DNA of 56,961 bases, taken from a virus. Its lineage: Duplodnaviria; Caudoviricetes. Below the pieces are notes generated by a model. It saw only the letters and a program-made list of their open reading frames with translations, had not been told where the DNA came from and ran no database searches. The stretch lies in the IMG/VR virus record IMGVR_UViG_3300037991_005841, positions 1 to 56,961 of that record; one strand, written 5' to 3'. Position numbers and translations under genes: made by a program. Shown piece after piece: positions 49,694 to 56,961 of the stretch (its first letter is position 1; every line of letters begins with the position of its first letter).

Positions 49694-50486
49694 CTTTAAC
49701 AAATGTGCCATTAATCATCTTACCTTTCCTGTTTGCTATTTCGTTGTAAGCATGAGTAATACATTCTTCTATAGTTAAGAATTCCATGTACGCTAAATTA
49801 GTAAGCACAACTACAATATCACCAATAGCATCTTTAACTTCCATATTATTATCTTTTAATAATGCTTTAGCTAATTCGCCAACTTCTTCTTGTAGTTTTA
49901 TAAATTGTGTTTTACTATCACCTTTCTCATACAAACCTCTTTCTTTAGCCCATTTTCTAATAGGTTCAAATACTATAGAAAACGGTTGTTCTTCCATTTT
50001 TCTTCTTTTAATTTCGTATTCTAAAGAATCTAAGCTATTAATATCTGTAAACGCTTCCCATAAAGCTTTATTGTATACATAACTTCTGTCACTATTATAC
50101 ATTGATACGTGAGCATTGTTTGCTATCCAATCAGCTAATTCTGAGTCTAAGTGTATTTTACCAAATTCAGTTTGCCAATTTAAGCCAACCTCATCGTGTA
50201 ATCTACCTTTTAATTTTGTAAGCGGCACAGGAAATGTTGTAGTTTGTGCGGTTACGTTAATTTTCATTTTAAATAAATTTTTATAAAGTTTGTGATCTTT
50301 TCTATAGCCATAAGACTTTTGAAGTTCTATCTCTCTGTTTGATATATAATCTATATCATCTGATTGATCAAGAACTTCATATTCTCCAGGCTTATAACCC
50401 TGTGTTAACGTAACTCTTTTATTAAGATCACGTGTAACACCAATTTTTTTACCCGGAATGTGGTATAAATAATAAGTTTCTGTCAT
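49671..50486 (-). CDS. MazG-like NTP pyrophosphohydrolase with N-terminal GIY-YIG-like extension
   Basis: C-terminal KLQEEVGEL..DAIGDIVVVL..AYNEI..RKG; N-terminal YYLYHIPGKKIGVT..RE..LQ. Confidence 0.75.
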   Translation of the reverse strand: MTETYYLYHIPGKKIGVTRDLNKRVTLTQGYKPGEYEVLDQSDDIDYISNREIELQKSYGYRKDHKLYKNLFKMKINVTAQTTTFPVPLTKLKGRLHDEVGLNWQTEFGKIHLDSELADWIANNAHVSMYNSDRSYVYNKALWEAFTDINSLDSLEYEIKRRKMEEQPFSIVFEPIRKWAKERGLYEKGDSKTQFIKLQEEVGELAKALLKDNNMEVKDAIGDIVVVLTNLAYMEFLTIEECITHAYNEIANRKGKMINGTFVKDEKKKDI

Positions 50487-51319
50487 TAGTTCCCAACGTT
50501 TAATGGAGCTGATATTGCGCCCATGTGTTCATACCCGTGTAATATCATGCTATCCAGTGATGGAATATTAATTTCATTATGTGAATTAATACCAACACCA
50601 ATAGTATCTAATTGTAATACTGGACAGTGAAATACATCAGGGTCTCTATACATTACTGTTTTTGCTTGATCAATATGATTATTATAAATATGACAATCAC
50701 CAAGCTGACCAATCAATCTACCGGGTTTGAAACCGTGACCCTTAGCTAACAGCTCTAATAATAAACCATACATAGCTATATCATAAGGCAAACCTAAGAA
50801 TACATCAACTGATCTTTGTTGCCACATTAAATCAAGCTTGCCTTCGTTTACATAAACTTGAAAGCCATAATGGCATGGTGGTAAAGCCATATCCTTCATA
50901 TCAGCAGGATTCCAAGCTGATACAATCATTCTTCTTGAATTAGGATTATTATGTAACTGTAAAGATAAATCATACATTTGATCGATACCATTAAAGTTAC
51001 GCCATTGTTTACCATATACTGGACCTAATGTTTCATCAGTTCTGCCAGATCTTTCATAATCTGCTCGCCAGTATTTAACACCGTTATCTTCTAAATACTT
51101 TAAATCAGTTCTGCCTTGTAATATCCACATAAGCTCAACTTTAGCTGCTTTAAAAGAAACTTTCTTTATATTTAACAATGGAAAACCTAATGCCATATTA
51201 TGCTCAATAGTATACCCAAACTTTGATAATGTACCAATACCGGTTCTATCATTTTTTGGTTTACCATTATTAAGTATTTCAGCTATTAAAGTTCTGTATT
51301 CACTATTTATATTTCTCAT
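50486..51319 (-). CDS. thyA: Thymidylate synthase
   Basis: DRTGIGT, LGPVYGKQWR, MALPPCH, QRSVDVFLGLPYD, HIYNNH; ATG 51319. Confidence 0.95.
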   Translation of the reverse strand: MRNINSEYRTLIAEILNNGKPKNDRTGIGTLSKFGYTIEHNMALGFPLLNIKKVSFKAAKVELMWILQGRTDLKYLEDNGVKYWRADYERSGRTDETLGPVYGKQWRNFNGIDQMYDLSLQLHNNPNSRRMIVSAWNPADMKDMALPPCHYGFQVYVNEGKLDLMWQQRSVDVFLGLPYDIAMYGLLLELLAKGHGFKPGRLIGQLGDCHIYNNHIDQAKTVMYRDPDVFHCPVLQLDTIGVGINSHNEINIPSLDSMILHGYEHMGAISAPLNVGN

Positions 51320-51569
51320 AATAATATTTTTGATACTGTGCAATTTTTTTCCATATCTCTCCTGGACCAAATGTTTCAGGGCTTGTGCCTAATAATCTTC
51401 TATTAGGATACTTACCTTGTTCTATATCTATATACCATTCATTTACACCCCAAGCAGCTTGCCTCGGCGTTATAACCATATCATTTGCTATACACCATTG
51501 ACTAGCGGCACATTCTTCTGTACTCCGCATATACCTGCCCATTGTAAATGTTTTCTTTTTCTTTGGCAT
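51303..51569 (-). CDS. Hypothetical protein
   Basis: 88 aa coupled ORF. Confidence 0.6.
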   Translation of the reverse strand: MPKKKKTFTMGRYMRSTEECAASQWCIANDMVITPRQAAWGVNEWYIDIEQGKYPNRRLLGTSPETFGPGEIWKKIAQYQKYYYEKYK

Positions 51570-53293
51570 TATTCCCAGGGCATTGCTTCCTCACCAATAT
51601 CAATTACTTCGTGAGGCATAAAACAACCTGATCTTGGTTCCCATTTAAAATGAGCCTCAGCTCCATTCTCACCAAGATTCTGAAACTTAACTTTTAAAAC
51701 TTTTGCTTTAACAGTTTTGTCTTCATAATTTCTGTGTACTAATAAACCGTGATAAGATGCATCATACCATTCACCTCCGCCTTTAATGTTATACATTGTT
51801 GGTTCTTCAATCTTGCCATCGGAACCTTTATACATTTTAGTAGGGTGCGCTACAATAAATACTAAGACATCAAACTTCTTTGCAAAGATTTCAATCTTCT
51901 GTAAATATTCCATTGTGTATCTGTTTACATCTTCAGACTTACAATCAACATCACGTATTTTATTAAATGGGTCTATGACTAAACATTTAATACCTTTACG
52001 TTTCACCAGCTCTGCACCTTTACGTAATACAGATTCAAGTGTGTATCTTTCCATGTCAATGAAAAAGAAATTGTCGTTAACATGTTCAGCTACTTGTTTC
52101 CATTTATCTGTACCAATATCCGTTTGCCTTGGCATATCTTGCCATACTTTTCTCATTAATTTATGAGCATGCAAATACGTTGGTGCATTTTCTGGTGATG
52201 CAAATGCAGTCTTCCAGCCATAATTCATATTATAGCCAACACACATTTGGTCTACAAAATCAGACTTTCCACTACTAGGTATACCAGTAACTGTAATAAA
52301 TTGACCAGTATAAGTACTAAAAATACGATCAAAATTACTAAGGCCAACTTGGAAACCAGGTTTAAAACCGTGTTTAACAAAGTCAGTAACTTCATGTTCT
52401 ATATCTTTAAATGTTGTAACATTTTCTAACGGTACAGGTCTACAATCATTAATTACATTAGCTAAGTCTTTTGTACCATACTTAAGTAAGTATTCATTTG
52501 CATCTTTACAATCTACAAAGTTTACTAAGTAACATACTTCAGCACCAAGCCTTCTAATTAATTCTTGTTGCAATGCAGCACCTGCATCATCTTGATCAAC
52601 AGCTAATATTATTTTTTCTTTGTCTGTAAAATAATCTATACAGTTATCAAGATAATCTAAATTGTTGTGGTTTAATGTTGCACCATTTGGAACTGATACT
52701 ACATTTTTAATACCAGCTTCATGAAATGCTAATACATCCATTTCACCTTCAACAATAATACATGTATCGGTATTTACGATACTATTTAAATTATAAAAGA
52801 CTTTCTCAGCACCTTTATATAGTTTAAAGTTCTTTCGTCCGTCTCTGTATTTCACATTAATAAGCTGATCACCTATAATGTAGTTGAATTTAATTGTATT
52901 TTCAACCTTGCCAGTTTGTGGCATGAACTCTGGGCCTTCAGATATATTTAAATCTAAAAGCGTTTGGTGACTTATACCTCGTTGTTTAAACCATTCAATA
53001 ACTTTATCAGCTACAGGTTTATGTGTTTTAGTTGAATAGTCTGGTAAGACATATTCTTTATCACTACCGCCTTTACGTTGATAAGTATGTAATTGAAATG
53101 TTGAGTCACAGTTGTGGCAAGTTCCTAACCCACGTTCCCAATCATAGCTAGCACACTGTTGCTTTCTATTTTCAGGCTTTCGTGTATGCGAACACAGGGG
53201 ACAAATCCCCTGCGCTGCACCCACTTTCAAATCGTGTTGGTTAAACTGGTCGATTAAAAATCCGTTAATCTCCGTATTGTTTACTTGCATCAA
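51569..53293 (-). CDS. DNA primase-helicase (T7 gp4/Twinkle-like)
   Basis: Zn ribbon CPLC..CHNC, TOPRIM IVEGEMD and D.D.AG, Walker A GIPSSGKS, IDP, VAHP. Confidence 0.9.
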   Translation of the reverse strand: MMQVNNTEINGFLIDQFNQHDLKVGAAQGICPLCSHTRKPENRKQQCASYDWERGLGTCHNCDSTFQLHTYQRKGGSDKEYVLPDYSTKTHKPVADKVIEWFKQRGISHQTLLDLNISEGPEFMPQTGKVENTIKFNYIIGDQLINVKYRDGRKNFKLYKGAEKVFYNLNSIVNTDTCIIVEGEMDVLAFHEAGIKNVVSVPNGATLNHNNLDYLDNCIDYFTDKEKIILAVDQDDAGAALQQELIRRLGAEVCYLVNFVDCKDANEYLLKYGTKDLANVINDCRPVPLENVTTFKDIEHEVTDFVKHGFKPGFQVGLSNFDRIFSTYTGQFITVTGIPSSGKSDFVDQMCVGYNMNYGWKTAFASPENAPTYLHAHKLMRKVWQDMPRQTDIGTDKWKQVAEHVNDNFFFIDMERYTLESVLRKGAELVKRKGIKCLVIDPFNKIRDVDCKSEDVNRYTMEYLQKIEIFAKKFDVLVFIVAHPTKMYKGSDGKIEEPTMYNIKGGGEWYDASYHGLLVHRNYEDKTVKAKVLKVKFQNLGENGAEAHFKWEPRSGCFMPHEVIDIGEEAMPWE

Positions 53294-53301
53294 CTAATAG
53301 T

Positions 53302-53610
53302 TTAAAATGGTAAATCGTCTACTGGTTGTGGTGGTGGCGGTGTTGCCGCTGCGGGCTGATCCTGTCTGTTAGGCTCAGGAAAAGCTCCGTTCGTCCACAC
53401 GACTTGAGCATTACCTAAATATACTTTTTCAGTTTTCATTTCTCTTTCTTCCTTTGATTGTGATACAACCACAGGTCCGTGATTACCAAACTGATCAACG
53501 TCATCATTAACTGTGATCGTGATCGGTAAATACTTACCTTTCGCACCATCAATGATTTTATCTTTAGGTATCTTTGTTAGGTTAATACTTGTTTTAATTA
53601 TTCCTGCCAT
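53302..53610 (-). CDS. Putative single-stranded DNA-binding protein
   Basis: OB-like core, Pro-rich linker and acidic C-terminal DDLPF. Confidence 0.65.
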   Translation of the reverse strand: MAGIIKTSINLTKIPKDKIIDGAKGKYLPITITVNDDVDQFGNHGPVVVSQSKEEREMKTEKVYLGNAQVVWTNGAFPEPNRQDQPAAATPPPPQPVDDLPF

Positions 53611-53789
53611 TATACGTAAGCGTTAATTTGTTGAAACATTCTTTGCAACTGATCTTTTGTAGCACCAGTTGTTCTTCTTAAATTGTCTACAGCTTTTACA
53701 TGGTTCTGCCCTTTGTAAAAGTTAGTCGCACTAGTTTCCATTCCTGTAACTGTGCATAATTTTGTTTGAATAGTTTTTCTTCTAGCCAT
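53610..53789 (-). CDS. Small hypothetical protein (not in ORF track)
   Basis: 59 aa; MARRKTIQTKLCTVTG..; coupled to the SSB gene. Confidence 0.6.
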   Translation of the reverse strand: MARRKTIQTKLCTVTGMETSATNFYKGQNHVKAVDNLRRTTGATKDQLQRMFQQINAYV

Positions 53790-53796
53790 AATTAAA

Positions 53797-54528
53797 TTAA
53801 AGTGTTAAGTTAATAAAATATTGTGAAGGTTCGAAACCTTCGGTTTTGTAAAATAAATCGTAAGCATCACATGCTCTCTTTACCTTGTCTTTACCTGACT
53901 CATAAAAATCAGGTGAACAATCCATAACTGCAATCTGATGTGTTTCTTTGTCAATTACAATAAACACAAATTCATAACCAAATAGTTTGCTGTAAATATA
54001 AGCTTGACTATCGTAATTAAAACGGTTTGCAGACCACTTGAACGCATTAATATCTTTGGTTGTTTTCAAATCTATTATAAGCTTTTCATCATGGTTTACT
54101 ATATCAGCTTTACCCTTCCACATAACGCCTTCAAGCTCCGCAATACCCGGCTTCTCATACTCAACATCAATACCGTTTATTAGTCCACGACATACATCGT
54201 TTTCTAATATTTTACTTTTCATCAATTCTATTTGGTCAACTTCATGTTGTAATAAACATAGTTCACCACCAGACATTTCTTTGTAATGTTTTGTATTTCT
54301 TGTGCTGCTTTCAATAACCTTATACTTTTTTAGTTTATCAGGTTCAAGTATTGCAGTGTGGAAATAACCACCTACAAGAAATGCTGGACTTGGTTTAGAT
54401 TGTTCGCCAAGTGCTAAAGGATTAGTTAGTAAAGTTTTAATATCACTATTGCTAAGAAATTGTTTACCAAAGTCTCCATAATAGTTTTCATCTAACTTTA
54501 ATTTTTCTAATACCTTTTGTTTGTCCAT
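53797..54528 (-). CDS. RecE/exonuclease VIII-like PD-(D/E)xK nuclease
   Basis: LSNSDIK, G..FHTAILEP, KGKAD, IIDLKTT, YDSQAYIY. Confidence 0.85.
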   Translation of the reverse strand: MDKQKVLEKLKLDENYYGDFGKQFLSNSDIKTLLTNPLALGEQSKPSPAFLVGGYFHTAILEPDKLKKYKVIESSTRNTKHYKEMSGGELCLLQHEVDQIELMKSKILENDVCRGLINGIDVEYEKPGIAELEGVMWKGKADIVNHDEKLIIDLKTTKDINAFKWSANRFNYDSQAYIYSKLFGYEFVFIVIDKETHQIAVMDCSPDFYESGKDKVKRACDAYDLFYKTEGFEPSQYFINLTL

Positions 54529-54529
54529 A

Positions 54530-55075
54530 CTAAAGTGTTGTTAACTTCTTTTCTTGTTCTGAAGTTAATTGATACTTAGCTTTGATTGCTTCAAGTTTAC
54601 CACCGGCTTTGATATAGTCTATAGCTTTTTGTACATCAGCTAAAGCTTGTTTAGGCTTTGCTTTGAAAGCTGAACTCTTTTTGCCGTGATCGTTTGTTGC
54701 ATCACTGTCTTGAGTATCATCAATTAATAATAAATTACCTAGCGCATATTTTTTTGCGTAACTCGATGCACTACCAAATTGTTGTGGTGTCTGCATACCT
54801 TTCTGGTTGAGATCCACACCAACTATCGCAATAGCCTCCAGTTCCATACCATCTTGATCTAATAACTTTGCAGTTGTTTTGATTATAGGCATAGGTTCTG
54901 TTGCAATTAATTCTTCATTAATTGTGACTGCCACTCCTAACTCTAAGAGAAAGGGTTTTATGCTTTCGAGAATGTCTTCGGCTGACCTAAAGTAATATTT
55001 ACCGAATGAATTAAATCTACTTTTCTTCGACTTAAATTTTGTTTGTAAGGTTGCTAGTTTCTGGTTTATGGTCAT
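54530..55075 (-). CDS. ERF-family ssDNA annealing protein
   Basis: FNSFGKYYFRSAEDI, QQFGSASSYAKKYAL..L.IDD..DSD. Confidence 0.85.
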   Translation of the reverse strand: MTINQKLATLQTKFKSKKSRFNSFGKYYFRSAEDILESIKPFLLELGVAVTINEELIATEPMPIIKTTAKLLDQDGMELEAIAIVGVDLNQKGMQTPQQFGSASSYAKKYALGNLLLIDDTQDSDATNDHGKKSSAFKAKPKQALADVQKAIDYIKAGGKLEAIKAKYQLTSEQEKKLTTL

Positions 55076-55129
55076 ACTAATATAATTACATAAATTAAAT
55101 TAAACTTAAACGGTATTTTACACCGTAAC

Positions 55130-55894
55130 TCACAGGTAATCAAGCACTTGCGTACTATCTACATTATCGATAAGGCACTGTATAGCATCCCGTTTTATCT
55201 GTGAAATGCGTACGTGTGCAGTGCTTACATTGATACCTAATTGATCTGCAATTTCATTAGCTGAATGTTTATTACAGTCAAGTCCATAACTTAGTCTTAA
55301 CACATCATATTGCACTGGTGTTAAATGTTGTTTCATCAGTGATAATAAGTATGCGTTAAGCAAAGCTATATTATATGGTTCAGACTTATCAACAACTTGA
55401 TAAGCTGGATTATCTTCGTTCAAAGGTTTAGCATCAATACTACTAAATACACTATTAAAAAACATAGCTACCATTTTTTCATCTTTTGGATTACGTCTAA
55501 TTTCATTTAGCTTATGTTCAGGAATACGTATGTCGCCTCTATTAATATCTACGGACCTTCGTATTGAGCCTTTAATTCTTTTTGATAGAAATGACTTAAT
55601 TGTTTTTTCTTGGTCATCAGACTCAGCTAAAAGCGTTCGGTCAAGTTTATTAACTGCTGCTGTTAAGCCTGCGTTGCCCTCTTGCAATAAATCATTTATA
55701 CTTAATACACCTGACGCTTGATCAGACGTAGATTGTTTTCTTGCTAGTGTTTCAACTAAAGGTAAAAAGTTAATAATGATTTCTTCATTTGTTAATTGTG
55801 TATAATCACCGTCAACTGGTTTTTTAACTCTGTCTAACAAAGCTTTTACATCTTCTTTGTAACGAATATAATTTTGTATATTATATTTTCTCAT
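55130..55894 (-). CDS. Phage sigma-70-family RNA polymerase sigma factor
   Basis: LPLVETLARK, DLLQEGNAGL, IRIP, region 4 VLRLSYGL..EIA..LG..RISQIK. Confidence 0.85.
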   Translation of the reverse strand: MRKYNIQNYIRYKEDVKALLDRVKKPVDGDYTQLTNEEIIINFLPLVETLARKQSTSDQASGVLSINDLLQEGNAGLTAAVNKLDRTLLAESDDQEKTIKSFLSKRIKGSIRRSVDINRGDIRIPEHKLNEIRRNPKDEKMVAMFFNSVFSSIDAKPLNEDNPAYQVVDKSEPYNIALLNAYLLSLMKQHLTPVQYDVLRLSYGLDCNKHSANEIADQLGINVSTAHVRISQIKRDAIQCLIDNVDSTQVLDYL

Positions 55895-56589
55895 AATTCT
55901 TTATTTAGTAATTCTTTTTCAAGTTTAAGTTGATTGCCCATATTCCTGTATATAGTGCGTGTTGAGCAACCAAAATATTCTGCAATTTTTTTAATAGTTA
56001 TTTTTTGGCGCATATCATTTATTGATAACATCGCATCATATATTTGGTCTTCGGTAACCATTTTACTTTTACCAATTAGCTGACCAACTATACTTAGCTT
56101 TTCACTTAGTGTTAGCATTACATGCGGTTTGAATATAACTTTTCTAATCCTATTCTTTGGTGGTCGTTCAGCATCAGTTAAAAATACTTCTTCAACTAAA
56201 CGATCAAATGCTTGATTAGACATAGTAAAGGTAACAAAACCATTTTTAATATTAGTTATATATTTAAAAACTTTTTTTAGTTCCGCCATGTTCAAATCTT
56301 CATTGACATGTTGCAATACTAAGAAATGCCATTTTAAACTTTTATATGTAGTAATCTTTGCTTTACTACGAAATAAACTGTAACACTGATATGTACCATT
56401 TTCATAATAATCATATGCTTTGGTAGATATAGTTGGTACATCAGTCAAAGGATATCTCTGGTATATAATTCTGTTGTCATGCAGGTATTTAAAATTTCTT
56501 TGTGACATTAGCTTGTTACTAATATTATCTTTTAGCTCGTGTCGCCCTCGTTCTCTTTCTTTGCTTTTTAATCTTGTCTCGTAATCCAA
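55891..56589 (-). CDS. Hypothetical protein with C-terminal HTH
   Basis: ITIKKIAEYFGCSTRTIYR; start uncertain (MSQRNF downstream). Confidence 0.65.
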   Translation of the reverse strand: MDYETRLKSKERERGRHELKDNISNKLMSQRNFKYLHDNRIIYQRYPLTDVPTISTKAYDYYENGTYQCYSLFRSKAKITTYKSLKWHFLVLQHVNEDLNMAELKKVFKYITNIKNGFVTFTMSNQAFDRLVEEVFLTDAERPPKNRIRKVIFKPHVMLTLSEKLSIVGQLIGKSKMVTEDQIYDAMLSINDMRQKITIKKIAEYFGCSTRTIYRNMGNQLKLEKELLNKEL

Positions 56590-56855
56590 ACAAATTTACT
56601 CCAATTTGATGCAGGATATGTTTTCTCGTTTTGCTCATCTTGTGGTCCGTTTAAAATTAATTCAACTTCAATTGCATTATAGCAATCTTTTTCCGGCCAA
56701 TTGGCCCATCTATTCTGCATCTGCATATACTCGTATTGATCTGCAGGCAGGTTAGTTACGTTTATCATCGTCATAATAGATGATACTGTCGCTACCAACG
56801 CCATTAAAGTAATCGTCCATAACGCGGAGCGGAGGTGTTTTGTAAGGTACTTCAT
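56568..56855 (-). CDS. Small membrane-anchored hypothetical protein
   Basis: Hydrophobic N-terminus ALWTITLMALVATVSSIM; overlaps the neighbouring gene. Confidence 0.4.
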   Translation of the reverse strand: MKYLTKHLRSALWTITLMALVATVSSIMTMINVTNLPADQYEYMQMQNRWANWPEKDCYNAIEVELILNGPQDEQNEKTYPASNWSKFVWITRQD

Positions 56856-56961
56856 TTTTATTACATACTTTATGTTTGTCATTTATATAATAGTTCCAAT
56901 AACCGTGTATAGCATGCGGTCGTTTGTATTCGTCAGGCATACACTGAGGTGGATGTTTATA
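56752..56961 (-). CDS. C-terminus of a pyrimidine-dimer glycosylase-like phage protein (partial)
   Basis: HPPQCMPDEYK....GYWNYYINDK motif; frame is open to the window edge. Confidence 0.55.
   Translation of the reverse strand, partial: YKHPPQCMPDEYKRPHAIHGYWNYYINDKHKVCNKNEVPYKTPPLRVMDDYFNGVGSDSIIYYDDDKRN

Noticed and set aside
55111-55125. Small hairpin CGGT..ACCG between the sigma and ERF genes
   Set aside because: The stem is too short to call a terminator.
1-56961. Stop-codon reassignment, diversity-generating retroelement, integrase or tRNA genes
   Set aside because: Genes tile densely in the standard code; no reverse transcriptase, recombinase or cloverleaf was recognised by eye (tRNAscan not run).

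Overview
About 57 kb of an AT-rich tailed dsDNA phage genome, most likely a podovirus-like phage of Bacteroidota/Flavobacteria. This host is inferred from A-rich starts without Shine-Dalgarno sequences and from gene content; no tape measure or sheath gene was seen. The + strand (1-43.6 kb) carries GroEL end/GroES, small basic proteins with a shared N-terminal motif, fibre genes, terminase, portal, scaffold, major capsid, tail and ejection proteins, an envelope (CsgG/cohesin/beta-barrel) cassette and an M15 endolysin. The - strand (43.6-57 kb) carries glycosyltransferases, cupin/JmjC, nrdAB, endonuclease I, MazG, thyA, primase-helicase, SSB, RecE/ERF and a sigma factor. Main discovery: two Thr-rich genes (7057-9156 and 9727-11313) encode chains that are residue-level mirror complements. 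Laid antiparallel, nearly every Lys/Arg of one chain faces a Phe/Tyr of the other over ~520 residues (register i+j=529, then 531), which suggests a cation-pi coded heteromeric beta-zipper fibre. All product calls come from motif recognition by eye; no database searches were run.
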